A stretch of DNA of 64,000 bases from Patescibacteria group bacterium (GTDB lineage: Bacteria > Patescibacteriota > Patescibacteriia > Patescibacteriales > UBA12465). Location: assembly GCA_041651195.1 (NCBI GenBank), contig JBAZJR010000003.1, positions 12,662 to 76,661 on the forward strand, written 5' to 3'. The translations under genes and the position numbers were made by a program. Below the pieces are notes generated by a model. It was not told the DNA's origin. It ran no database searches and saw only the letters and a program-made list of their open reading frames with translations. Shown piece after piece: positions 1 to 8,453 of this stretch (position 1 is the stretch's first letter; the number at the start of each line of letters is the position of its first letter).

Positions 1-472
1 ATTATATTTTATTCCGAATATCATAAGCGCCTCATTGTTTCCGGCGCTCGTTAATGCTAAAAAAACCGACGCTAGGCTCTATCGGCGTCGATTGAAATTT
101 TTTTATATTTTTATTTTGGTTTGCGCCGTCATTTTGGCTTTGCCTATCTTCATTTTTTCCGGACCCATTATCCAGTTCTTGTTCGGAGAAGCTTACGCTT
201 CCGCTGTCCCGATTTTAAGGATTTATGCCTGGTCTTGTGTCGGCTTATTTTTGGGCTTGGCGCTAAATCAATATCTGATTACAGAGAATAAGATCCGGAC
301 GGTATTTATTACTAATTTTTTAACAGTTTTTATTAATATTGGTTTGAATCTGATTCTCATTCCGCGCCTTTTTCTGCCGGGGGCTGCTTTGGCTACTCTA
401 ATTTCTTATTTAGCGATTCCGTTCGTGGTCACTTTTTTCCAGCGGTTTGAGAACGTTGCTCAGCCTGATTGA
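1..472 (+). CDS. polysaccharide/O-antigen flippase (Wzx/MOP-like), C-terminal part; 5' end lies outside the window
   Basis: The frame is open from the window edge, with no stop upstream of the TTG at 35. The product is a run of hydrophobic helices (…SLFPALVNA…LISYLAIPFVVTFFQRF) typical of Wzx C-termini. It is adjacent to a glycosyltransferase cluster. Confidence 0.55.
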   Translation, partial: LYFIPNIISASLFPALVNAKKTDARLYRRRLKFFYIFILVCAVILALPIFIFSGPIIQFLFGEAYASAVPILRIYAWSCVGLFLGLALNQYLITENKIRTVFITNFLTVFINIGLNLILIPRLFLPGAALATLISYLAIPFVVTFFQRFENVAQPD

Positions 473-1597
473 TAATAATTTTGTTAATTTTTTGATGAAG
501 TTTTTTTGGTTGAAGATATCGACAACGCGGCTGCGGGCGTTTGATCCGAGGCTGTTTTTTAATTCCGGATCGCTTAAGATCCGGGCGATTGCTTGAGCCA
601 GCGCTCGCGGATTTCGCGGTGGCACGCTGAGCCCGCTGACATTATGTGGGCTGACCTCGTTTACTCCGGTCGCCAGGGAAGTGTTGATGATTGGCTTGCC
701 GTAAGCCATTGCCTCTATCTGGACTAAGCCGAAAGCTTCATTAGCGCTTATAGAAGGGAGGACAAATAAGTCGCAAGCTTCATAGAATGGTCGCAGGTCA
801 GGGACCGGCTTGATAATTGTGACTTGATCTTCTAAATTAAGTTTCTTGATTAGAGCGGTTAATCTTTTTTCTTCCGGTCCGGCGCCGATGATGATCAATT
901 TAGCTTGGATCCTGGCCGCTAGTCCGTCTTTAATCGGAATATTTTCGGCTAAGGCGCTGATTAGATATTTAAATCCCTTGTAAGGGACTAAGCGTCCGAC
1001 GCTTAAGATCAACGGCTGGTCATTAGTTTGTTTGATTTTTATAGCCGCCTGTTTAATATTTGTATCGGCGGTAAAATAATCAAGGTCGACGCCGAAATTG
1101 ATCACCTCGCATTTAGTCTCGTGTTTTTGTAAGAGAGGAGACGAGTCGGCTAGCTTCTGGCTGCCAACCAAAATTCGGTCGGCTCGTTTTAATCCCGCTT
1201 TAATAAAGGGGAGAAAGAGCCATTTGCTTAATTTTTGGCGGATGATATCGCTATGATACCAAATGAAAAGTTTTTGGTCTCGACCGAGCGATCGAGCCAG
1301 AAAAGCGAGAGGGAAAGGATGATGGATTAAGATGGCGTCGTAATCGCTTCGGATAGATTTTAAGAGGCGAAAAAAATCTATAGATAAAGGCATACCGAAT
1401 AATTTTCCGATCGTGCCTGCGCGATAGATTTTTATACCATTTATTTCTTCTATTTTTCGCTTATTTCGCGTTTGGCAAGCTAAAACTGAAACCGTTAATT
1501 CGTTTTGGCCATTCAAGCCTTCGGCGATATCTTGGACGACTTTTTCTACGCCGCCCAGCCAGGGGTGATAAAATTTATTGATTTCGAGTATTTTCAT
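410..1597 (-). CDS. glycosyltransferase, GT4 (GT-B fold) family
   Basis: 395-aa ORF. N-terminus MKILEINKFYHPWLGGVEKVV. C-terminal FVLPSISANEAFGLVQIEAMAYGKPIIN carries the E-x7-E signature. The 3' end overlaps the convergent flippase gene by about 60 nt. Confidence 0.8.
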   Translation of the reverse strand: MKILEINKFYHPWLGGVEKVVQDIAEGLNGQNELTVSVLACQTRNKRKIEEINGIKIYRAGTIGKLFGMPLSIDFFRLLKSIRSDYDAILIHHPFPLAFLARSLGRDQKLFIWYHSDIIRQKLSKWLFLPFIKAGLKRADRILVGSQKLADSSPLLQKHETKCEVINFGVDLDYFTADTNIKQAAIKIKQTNDQPLILSVGRLVPYKGFKYLISALAENIPIKDGLAARIQAKLIIIGAGPEEKRLTALIKKLNLEDQVTIIKPVPDLRPFYEACDLFVLPSISANEAFGLVQIEAMAYGKPIINTSLATGVNEVSPHNVSGLSVPPRNPRALAQAIARILSDPELKNSLGSNARSRVVDIFNQKNFIKKLTKLLSIRLSNVLKPLEKSDHERNR

Positions 1598-2684
1598 GAC
1601 AGTGAATTAATTTTATCAGTGATGTCGCAGATTTTCGCCAATCAAAACGCCGGATGTTAGCACGTCCGGCCGTTATTAGATTATCTGCAAGAGATTGATA
1701 TTCAAGTATATTTTTTATTTTCAGCGCTATATCATTCTTATCAAGGGGCGCAAAAAATAAAGCGGCATCATTAGCGATTTCTCGGAAAGCCGGGATGTCG
1801 GAACAGGCGACCGGAGTGTCCAAGGCGTTGGCTTCAATTATCGGCAGGCCGAAACCTTCATATAGAGAAGGAAGGATAAGGGCCTTGGCATCTCTGATTA
1901 TTTTATTTTTTTCAGCCTCATTAATGAAACCGGGAAAGACAATGTTCTTAGCGCCTAATTGATTGCTCACTTTTTGTATCTCTGCCATGCGTTTATCGTA
2001 TTTACCGATTAAAATTAGTTTTAAATTGGGGAATTGTTCAGCCAAGATTATGAAAGCCCGTAAAAGGGAAATGAGATTTTTCCTGGGTCGGCTGTTGCCC
2101 ACCGCGACTAGATACTCCGAATCCTGGTAAGGATTTATTATACCTTGCCGCGGCAAGATGTTGGATGGCCGCGGCGCGCCGTTGCGGATTATCTCGATTT
2201 CATCCGCTTTGATTTTTAATTTAATGATTAGTTCTTGACGAGAAAATTCTGAAACGGTCACTATTTTTAAGGAAGAACGTAAACCGAAAAAAAGATTGAT
2301 TTGCCAGAATATCCTGCCTAGGAATCCAGATTCTTCCCTAATGATGAACGGAGCCGCGTCATGGATAGTGATGATTTTTTTTCGGTAAAACCATGGGGCG
2401 ATCAGGGAGGGGCAGAACAATAAATCAAATTTTTCTTTTTTTAGGATTGCTGGAAGCGTAGTTTGCTGATAAAGGAATAGCCTTAAACGATCTAATTTTT
2501 TAAATTTTTTTATTTCTAGCCTGATATAGTCGGGCAAAGGACGCAGGAATTCGGCTGATTTTTGATTAGCAAAAACGACCACCTCGTCGTCCGGGTTGTT
2601 CGGCCAGGCGTTGATCAGATTGGATAGGAATACTTCTATTCCTTGCCAACTGGTATAGTATAGTGCGTTAATGGCGATTTTCAT
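1575..2684 (-). CDS. glycosyltransferase, GT4 family
   Basis: The ORF track gives 1575..2801. The likely start is the internal ATG at 2684 (MKIAINALYYTSW), because the 39-codon extension lies inside the upstream gene. GT-B motif ILPSLYEGFGLPIIEANALDTPV. Confidence 0.75.
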   Translation of the reverse strand: MKIAINALYYTSWQGIEVFLSNLINAWPNNPDDEVVVFANQKSAEFLRPLPDYIRLEIKKFKKLDRLRLFLYQQTTLPAILKKEKFDLLFCPSLIAPWFYRKKIITIHDAAPFIIREESGFLGRIFWQINLFFGLRSSLKIVTVSEFSRQELIIKLKIKADEIEIIRNGAPRPSNILPRQGIINPYQDSEYLVAVGNSRPRKNLISLLRAFIILAEQFPNLKLILIGKYDKRMAEIQKVSNQLGAKNIVFPGFINEAEKNKIIRDAKALILPSLYEGFGLPIIEANALDTPVACSDIPAFREIANDAALFFAPLDKNDIALKIKNILEYQSLADNLITAGRANIRRFDWRKSATSLIKLIHCHENTRNQ

Positions 2685-3855
2685 GTTCTTTAATAGTGCG
2701 TTTATATAAATCAAGATATTTTTTAAACATATCTGCGGCGCTGAATTTTTTTTCAACTTTATAGCGGCATCTTTTCGATATTTTTTCAGAATTTTCAGCA
2801 TAGATGAAATTTATGCCGTTTATAAGATCATCAATATCCAGAGTTTTTGCGAGATAGCCGTCAAGTTGGTGGCTAATCTGTTCGTTTAAGCCGCCGACCG
2901 CGAAAGCGACAACCGGGGTTCCGCAGGCCATTGCCTCTAAGGAGGTAAGCGGGAAATTTTCCGCTAATGACGGCAGGAGCAAGAGGTCGGCTGCCTGGTA
3001 ATATGATTTTAATATATTTTTATCGTATATTTCTTTTTCGAAATAAATATTTTTTTCTTTTCCTCTGATGTCATTTCCGATGCTGATAAATAATATTTCA
3101 GGCCAATGATCTGCCAGCTGTCGGATAAAATCCCAGCCTTTAAGTATATTATTTCGGCCCCGATCGCTGATTGTTAAAATTATTTTTTTATCGGTTGGTA
3201 ATCTCACTTTAAGTTTAGCCTGAGTCTTGTCGCCGGGGGAAAATATATCGGCATCAATCCCGTTATTTATTATTTCAATCGGCTTATTCGTTAAAGCTGT
3301 CATCTTAACTTTAGCAGCTAGCCAAGACGAAGGCGAGACGATTTGGAAATTGGATTTCTGGTAGACAGAGATTTTCCTTTTTTTCAGATATTGGCGGTTC
3401 CACCAGATTAGATTTGATATTTTTTTTGGGCTCGCGCCGGTAAATAATCCGTCTTTTGGCGTTTCTTCAAAGCTATGGGCAAAGTAATGGTTAATCGGTT
3501 GCATGTCGTGGAAAGTCCAGATGACGGGCTTCAACCGGCTAATTTCGGTAAGCGCCGGAAGAGGAAAGAAGTGCCCGCTGATGTTATGTAGGTGGATGAT
3601 ATCGGCCTTTCTAAATTCCGCTGTTTCGATCAATTCTCGGCCGTCATAGTGGTCCAGATCGTTAGAAGTTAGATAAGAAAGCAGTTTTTTCCAAGGTTGA
3701 TTTTTTAGCGGGATGACATTGTTTTTCGCGCTTTTTTTATGAGCGCAGAAAAAAGTTGTCGTTAGCCCATCTTTTTCTAGCCTATGGATCAATTCTTGGC
3801 AGACTTGAGCGCTGCCGCCGCTGATTTCTTTATTGTTGATCAACACTATCTTCAT
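2668..3855 (-). CDS. glycosyltransferase, GT4-like
   Basis: 395 aa. MKIVLINNKEISGGSAQV N-terminus and LLLPSLAENFPLTSLEAMACGTPVVAF motif. Confidence 0.7.
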   Translation of the reverse strand: MKIVLINNKEISGGSAQVCQELIHRLEKDGLTTTFFCAHKKSAKNNVIPLKNQPWKKLLSYLTSNDLDHYDGRELIETAEFRKADIIHLHNISGHFFPLPALTEISRLKPVIWTFHDMQPINHYFAHSFEETPKDGLFTGASPKKISNLIWWNRQYLKKRKISVYQKSNFQIVSPSSWLAAKVKMTALTNKPIEIINNGIDADIFSPGDKTQAKLKVRLPTDKKIILTISDRGRNNILKGWDFIRQLADHWPEILFISIGNDIRGKEKNIYFEKEIYDKNILKSYYQAADLLLLPSLAENFPLTSLEAMACGTPVVAFAVGGLNEQISHQLDGYLAKTLDIDDLINGINFIYAENSEKISKRCRYKVEKKFSAADMFKKYLDLYKRTIKEHENRH

Positions 3856-3859
3856 CTAA

Positions 3860-4801
3860 TTATTTTATTTTTTGATAAAAATACTGTATTAGGTCGAATA
3901 AGCCCAATCGAGCCAGAATATATTTAAGCCAGCCGAACGCGAAATTATGTCGAGTTGTGTATTCGTCGGCGGCTTGATTGGCGACGAAGCCGGTTGGATG
4001 CCGCAAAGGGAAGTTGAGTTCCGTCGTCGGTAAGTTGGAAAATTTATTTTTTTCATCTCGACAATTTTCAGCTAGATATCCGAATCCGATATTCTTGACC
4101 AGGTTTCGATTGGGCGTTATAGCCAGGCCGCCGTTTCTAAACAGGGCATAAGTCCATTGGAAATCCCAGGTCGCCGATTTATGATGATACACTTGATTAA
4201 AAAGCTGTTTCCAGGTTATCTTATCGCGATCGCTCTTAAAATATTTTTTGAGGGTCTGATTTTTTAAAAAATCATGATAGGTCGCCATTTCTAGATCATA
4301 TTTTTGCCAAGCCCGTCTCCAAGTCGCCCATCCCCAGATATGAGGGATACGGGAAAAATAATAGTCACTTTGTCCGACTTTTTCCGGTTGGAAAAAATTT
4401 CCTGAAATATGCATGATTTGCTCATTATCTTTATATTTTTCTAACAATTTTTCGCAGAATAAGAAAAAAGAATCATTAGGCAAGCAGTCATGCTCCAGGA
4501 TTATGCCGTTTTTATTTGTAGCGAAGAACCAATCGAGCGCCTCCTTGAGAGCTTTTTGGATGCCTAGATTTTTAATTTGGAATAAAGTTTCTACGCGACA
4601 ATCCCAATCGATATTTTTAAGCAGGTAATCTCTGACTTCCTGGCAATTTTCCCTTTCGCCTGTTATATCTAGCCTTGGCCCGTCGGCGGCAATGAATAAT
4701 TTTCGCGGCTTAGCTTTTCTGATGGCCGCCAAGGTGACACTAGCGGTATCGAGCCGGTTAAAGACAATAAATAATATTGGGGTGTCTAGTGGTTTGGTCA
4801 T
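3860..4801 (-). CDS. nucleotide-diphospho-sugar transferase (GT-A fold, HlpA-like family)
   Basis: PILFIVFNRLDTASVTLAAIRKAKPRKLFIAADGPR…GIILEHDCLP pattern. The likely start is the ATG at 4801 (MTKPLDTP), which forms an ATGA overlap with the stop of the upstream gene at 4798. Confidence 0.6.
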   Translation of the reverse strand: MTKPLDTPILFIVFNRLDTASVTLAAIRKAKPRKLFIAADGPRLDITGERENCQEVRDYLLKNIDWDCRVETLFQIKNLGIQKALKEALDWFFATNKNGIILEHDCLPNDSFFLFCEKLLEKYKDNEQIMHISGNFFQPEKVGQSDYYFSRIPHIWGWATWRRAWQKYDLEMATYHDFLKNQTLKKYFKSDRDKITWKQLFNQVYHHKSATWDFQWTYALFRNGGLAITPNRNLVKNIGFGYLAENCRDEKNKFSNLPTTELNFPLRHPTGFVANQAADEYTTRHNFAFGWLKYILARLGLFDLIQYFYQKIK

Positions 4802-5547
4802 ATTATTTTTGATTTTATTCTCCGGTATAGCCACTTGGAACTATTTTGGTATCGATTCGGATAATGCCGCAGGTAATTTTTAACCACCTGATAGACCATT
4901 TTTATCATTTTTTGATCATTATCGCGGTAATTTGAATTATTGGCCGTATAGTTGGTGGTCTGGTCGGCTAAGTTGGCAATTCGGCCCCTAGTTCCTAATT
5001 TTAACCATAAAGAATAATCTTCCGCCAGATTTATCTGATCATAGCCGTTGACTTCAATTGCGATAGCGCGCGGGAACATAGCTGTCGAATGAGCAAACAT
5101 ATTTTGGGCCGTCATTTTTTTTCGGATATCCTCATTATCTATCAGATGATTTTTTTTTCCGATCATCCGTCCATCTTTATCAATCAGGTTAAAGGCTGTC
5201 CCGACAAGATTATATCCGCTTCGATCTAAGAAATTCGCTTGCTTCTTTAACTTATCAGGATCGGTCCAATAATCATCATCATCGAGTACCGCCACATATT
5301 TCCCTCGTGATAATTTCAAGCCGATATTCCTAAGAGCGCCGATACTATCATGTTTGGCTACCGGGGTATATTTAATCCGCGCATCTTTAAAAGATTTGAC
5401 GACTTCTGCCGTGTCATCTTCTGACCCGTCATCAATGATAATCAGTTCCCAGTCCGTCTCTGATTGCGCTTGGACGCTATTTATCGCTCGGCCTAGGAGT
5501 CGGGCGCGATTATGGGTTATAATATTTACGCTGATTTTCGGGGGCAT
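4798..5547 (-). CDS. glycosyltransferase family 2
   Basis: MPPKISVNIITHNRARLLGRAINSVQAQSETDWELIIIDDGSEDDT…VLDDDDYW, the classic GT2 N-terminal signature with a DxD motif. Confidence 0.85.
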   Translation of the reverse strand: MPPKISVNIITHNRARLLGRAINSVQAQSETDWELIIIDDGSEDDTAEVVKSFKDARIKYTPVAKHDSIGALRNIGLKLSRGKYVAVLDDDDYWTDPDKLKKQANFLDRSGYNLVGTAFNLIDKDGRMIGKKNHLIDNEDIRKKMTAQNMFAHSTAMFPRAIAIEVNGYDQINLAEDYSLWLKLGTRGRIANLADQTTNYTANNSNYRDNDQKMIKMVYQVVKNYLRHYPNRYQNSSKWLYRRIKSKII

Positions 5548-5606
5548 TTTTTTATGACTATTGTTTTTTTCGTTGCGACGTCAAATACGATGTAATATAT
5601 ATTTTT

Positions 5607-6932
5607 TTATCTCCCGCCGCGGCTGAGCATCGTGGCGATGGTCTTGAGCGTGATAGAGATGTCTAGATAGATAGAGCGTCGTTTCAGGTAGTAGAGATCG
5701 TATTGTAATTTTTCCAGGCTATCTACTATGGTCGTTGAATGATACTTGCCGGAAATCTGGTCCCAGCCGGTGAGCCCAGGCTTGATCAGGAGCCGGGTCA
5801 GATAGAAGGGGATGGCGCGCGCCAGTTCTTCAGCGATCTCCGGGCGTTCCGGCCGCGGTCCGATCAAACTCATCTCCCCGGCCAGGATATTGAGGACTTG
5901 AGGAATTTCGTCTAGGCGAGTGCTCCGCAGGAAAGCGCCGAAACCGGTTACCCGTTCATCGGCGGGAGCGGTCGGCAGTCCATCGTTATTTTCTACGCGC
6001 ATAGTCCGGAATTTCGTGACTAGGAATCTTTTACCTTGCCGTCCCAGCCGTTCTTGCCGGAAAAAGACCGGGCCGCGGCTCGTTAATTTTATCAGCCCGG
6101 CGATGAGCGGCCAGCCGGGCAAGGAAATGATCAGGATTAGCAGAGCGGCGGCGTAATCGATCGCTTGTTTGAGAAAATTAAAATAATTTTTTCTGCCTTC
6201 CTGGAGGTTGGTCAGGAACCAATCTGGCCCGATCTCTTCGACCGGTATCTTGCCGGTCAAGAGTTCGTAAAAATCCGGGTAATTAAAGAAATTGATTTTA
6301 TCGGCGAGGCAGGCGAAGAGGGCGGCGCTGATCTTCCGGCTATCGCCGAAGTCGTCGCCGACTACGACGGTATGGATATTTTTATTTTTTATAGCGTCCG
6401 GGAGAGCGGCCAAATCTTCCGCTCGGGTGCTGGTCCAGGCGATCTGGTAGCCGGCGCCAGGCTGAGCCGCTAACTCGGCCAGTAATTTTTGCGTCCGCGC
6501 GTTATCGCCGATCAGAGCGAGATTTTCTTTGAGGAGCAGGGAATGGAGCGCGGCTTGGCAGAGTCGGCGCCAGATCAGGAAAAAAACCAAGAAAAGCAGG
6601 CTGAAGATAATTAAGTTAGTTTTTGGCGCGAGGTCAGTCTCGGCGTATAGGTAAAAATACAGAGCCGATAAGATAACGCTCAGGAGAGCGACACTGCCGG
6701 TGGCGTTTAAGAATTCCCGGCTCCGGACGCGCCAATTAAGATTATAGAGGCTATTGATATAGATCAGGAGGAGCCAAATGAAAAAAACCGGCCCGAAAAT
6801 CGGCCAATGGGACCGCCAATAATGGTCGAGCGAGGCGAGCGGGTAGCGGATCGCCAAGGTCAGGAAAAGAGCCAGGTGCAGCCCGGATAGGTCGCCTAAA
6901 AAGAGGATAGTTTTTTTTAAAAGATTAGGCAT
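5607..6932 (-). CDS. polyprenyl-phosphate glycosylphosphotransferase (WbaP/bacterial sugar transferase family), priming enzyme
   Basis: 441 aa with N-terminal TM helices. The C-terminal domain reads PVFFRQERLGRQGKRFLVTKFRTM…DEIPQVLNILAGEMSLIGPRPERPE…KPGLTGWDQI. Confidence 0.85.
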   Translation of the reverse strand: MPNLLKKTILFLGDLSGLHLALFLTLAIRYPLASLDHYWRSHWPIFGPVFFIWLLLIYINSLYNLNWRVRSREFLNATGSVALLSVILSALYFYLYAETDLAPKTNLIIFSLLFLVFFLIWRRLCQAALHSLLLKENLALIGDNARTQKLLAELAAQPGAGYQIAWTSTRAEDLAALPDAIKNKNIHTVVVGDDFGDSRKISAALFACLADKINFFNYPDFYELLTGKIPVEEIGPDWFLTNLQEGRKNYFNFLKQAIDYAAALLILIISLPGWPLIAGLIKLTSRGPVFFRQERLGRQGKRFLVTKFRTMRVENNDGLPTAPADERVTGFGAFLRSTRLDEIPQVLNILAGEMSLIGPRPERPEIAEELARAIPFYLTRLLIKPGLTGWDQISGKYHSTTIVDSLEKLQYDLYYLKRRSIYLDISITLKTIATMLSRGGR

Positions 6933-7029
6933 GATGATCAGGTTGGTCGACGTTTATAAATATATCAGTTTGATGTCTAAAAATCAATGAAACATTACGT
7001 CAATATTGGTTTATTATCATTAGAAAATA

Positions 7030-7038
7030 TGCTACAAT
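7030..7038 (+). promoter_or_regulatory. candidate extended -10 promoter element (TGcTACAAT) for the 7079 gene
   Basis: TGCTACAAT is read directly at 7030-7038 in the divergent intergenic region, about 40 nt upstream of the ATG at 7079. The -35 is weak. Confidence 0.35.
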
Positions 7039-7078
7039 AGAATCAGAGTGGTACCAGCTTATCCCTATTATTTTTATT

Positions 7079-8443
7079 ATGCTAATATTAAATAGAAAAA
7101 TCGCTTATTCTGCTTTTTTAATTTTTTCCGTTTGGCTATTTTTATTTTTTAATCTTCAGCCAGCCGCGGCGCTCACGGCTCCGGCCGTCCAGGTTAAGAC
7201 TAAGGACAGCCCGACCGTCTATTTTCTGAGCAATCGCCATAGCGTCAGGAAGACTTATATCAATGCCGCGTCCTACCTTAGCTATGGCAATAAATGGTCA
7301 GAGATTAAGATTATCGATCCAGCGGAACTAGCTATGTGGCCGGAGGCGAATCTATTTCAGGCGTCTGGATCAGATGATATCTATTATATCAGCGGTTATC
7401 GCAAGATTTTGATCAAATCTCCTGCCGACCTGATGCGTTTCAATTTGACCGGCGATCCGGTCCTGGAAGTGAGTACGGTTGATTTAGCGCAGTATCAAAG
7501 CGCGTCTTATGTTGATATCGGCTGGGAAGAGCCGGCGAGCGTTGTAAGTTTCGCCGTATCTTGCGATACGCTCGAAGGAGCGCACAATAATACCTTGGTG
7601 ACGAATACGGACCGGAACCTTCTCGGCATCTTTCGTTTTCGCGCGCCCGACCAGACCGCGACACTGACCTCCATAACCTTTAATCTGGGCGGGATATATA
7701 CGCGCAGCATCGTGAGCAGCATCATGGCGCGCGATGAGGACGACCGCGATTATGATGCCAATGTCAACTGGCGGCAGAATGAACATCAGATCGTCATTAA
7801 TTTCCGGCCGCCGCTAGAGTTCTTGGCGGGTGAAGAAAAAGTCGTTAAAATTTTAGCTGATCTGGGCGCTTGCCCGACCTGCACTAATCAGACGATGCGT
7901 CTGGAATTATCTGCCGCGACTGATATCGAGGCCTCTTTACCTGTATCGTCCGCTGTCTGGCCGATCCAGAGCACAGCTTTTACCCTTTTAGCTAATGATA
8001 AGCTCTTGGCGCAGGTACGCTTGCAAGCGGAAACCCTGGGCGACACTGGTTCGATTGTCGGTGGCAGCCGGGTGATCGCTAAATTTAAGATTTATGAAGA
8101 TTCCGGGCAGGAAGACGCGATCATCAAGCAGATCATCTTCCGCAATAACGGTTCGGCTAATAAGAACGATTGGGATAATTTTCGCTTACTCAAAGACGGG
8201 CAAGTGATTGCCCGGGTTGCGACGGTAGACTCTAATAACCGGATCGATTTCAATATTAATTATCTGCGTATCGCTAAAGACGGGTCCGCCGCCTTAACGG
8301 TCGAGGCCGGGCTGATTAATGCCTATAACCCCCAGGCGACTTACGGCTTGCAGGTGAGCCAGTTGACCGCGGTCGGGAATACTTATAACTTGACGGTCAA
8401 TCCGGAAATACATAATATCAGTGAATCTCATACTTTAAATTAA
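7079..8443 (+). CDS. secreted or membrane-anchored hypothetical protein
   Basis: 454 aa. N-terminal hydrophobic signal/anchor (AYSAFLIFSVWLFLFFNLQPAAALTAP). No catalytic motif recognised. The N-terminal module (…VYFLSNRHSVRKTYINAASYLSYGNKWSEIKII…) resembles modules common in CPR surface proteins. Confidence 0.5.
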   Translation: MLILNRKIAYSAFLIFSVWLFLFFNLQPAAALTAPAVQVKTKDSPTVYFLSNRHSVRKTYINAASYLSYGNKWSEIKIIDPAELAMWPEANLFQASGSDDIYYISGYRKILIKSPADLMRFNLTGDPVLEVSTVDLAQYQSASYVDIGWEEPASVVSFAVSCDTLEGAHNNTLVTNTDRNLLGIFRFRAPDQTATLTSITFNLGGIYTRSIVSSIMARDEDDRDYDANVNWRQNEHQIVINFRPPLEFLAGEEKVVKILADLGACPTCTNQTMRLELSAATDIEASLPVSSAVWPIQSTAFTLLANDKLLAQVRLQAETLGDTGSIVGGSRVIAKFKIYEDSGQEDAIIKQIIFRNNGSANKNDWDNFRLLKDGQVIARVATVDSNNRIDFNINYLRIAKDGSAALTVEAGLINAYNPQATYGLQVSQLTAVGNTYNLTVNPEIHNISESHTLN

Positions 8444-8453
8444 ATTTATTTTT

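Noticed and set aside
2685-2801. Long N-terminal extensions suggested by the ORF track (1575..2801; also 3860..4834, the TTG start at 41560 and the TTG start at 56825)
   Set aside because: The extensions overlap the preceding genes. Internal ATGs give N-termini typical of the families or matching the paralogue: MKIAINALYY for 1575..2801, MTKPLDTPILF for 3860..4834 and MKKIL for the 41560 ORF. For the 56825 ORF, the first ATG, at 56831 (MMDIRS…), was chosen.
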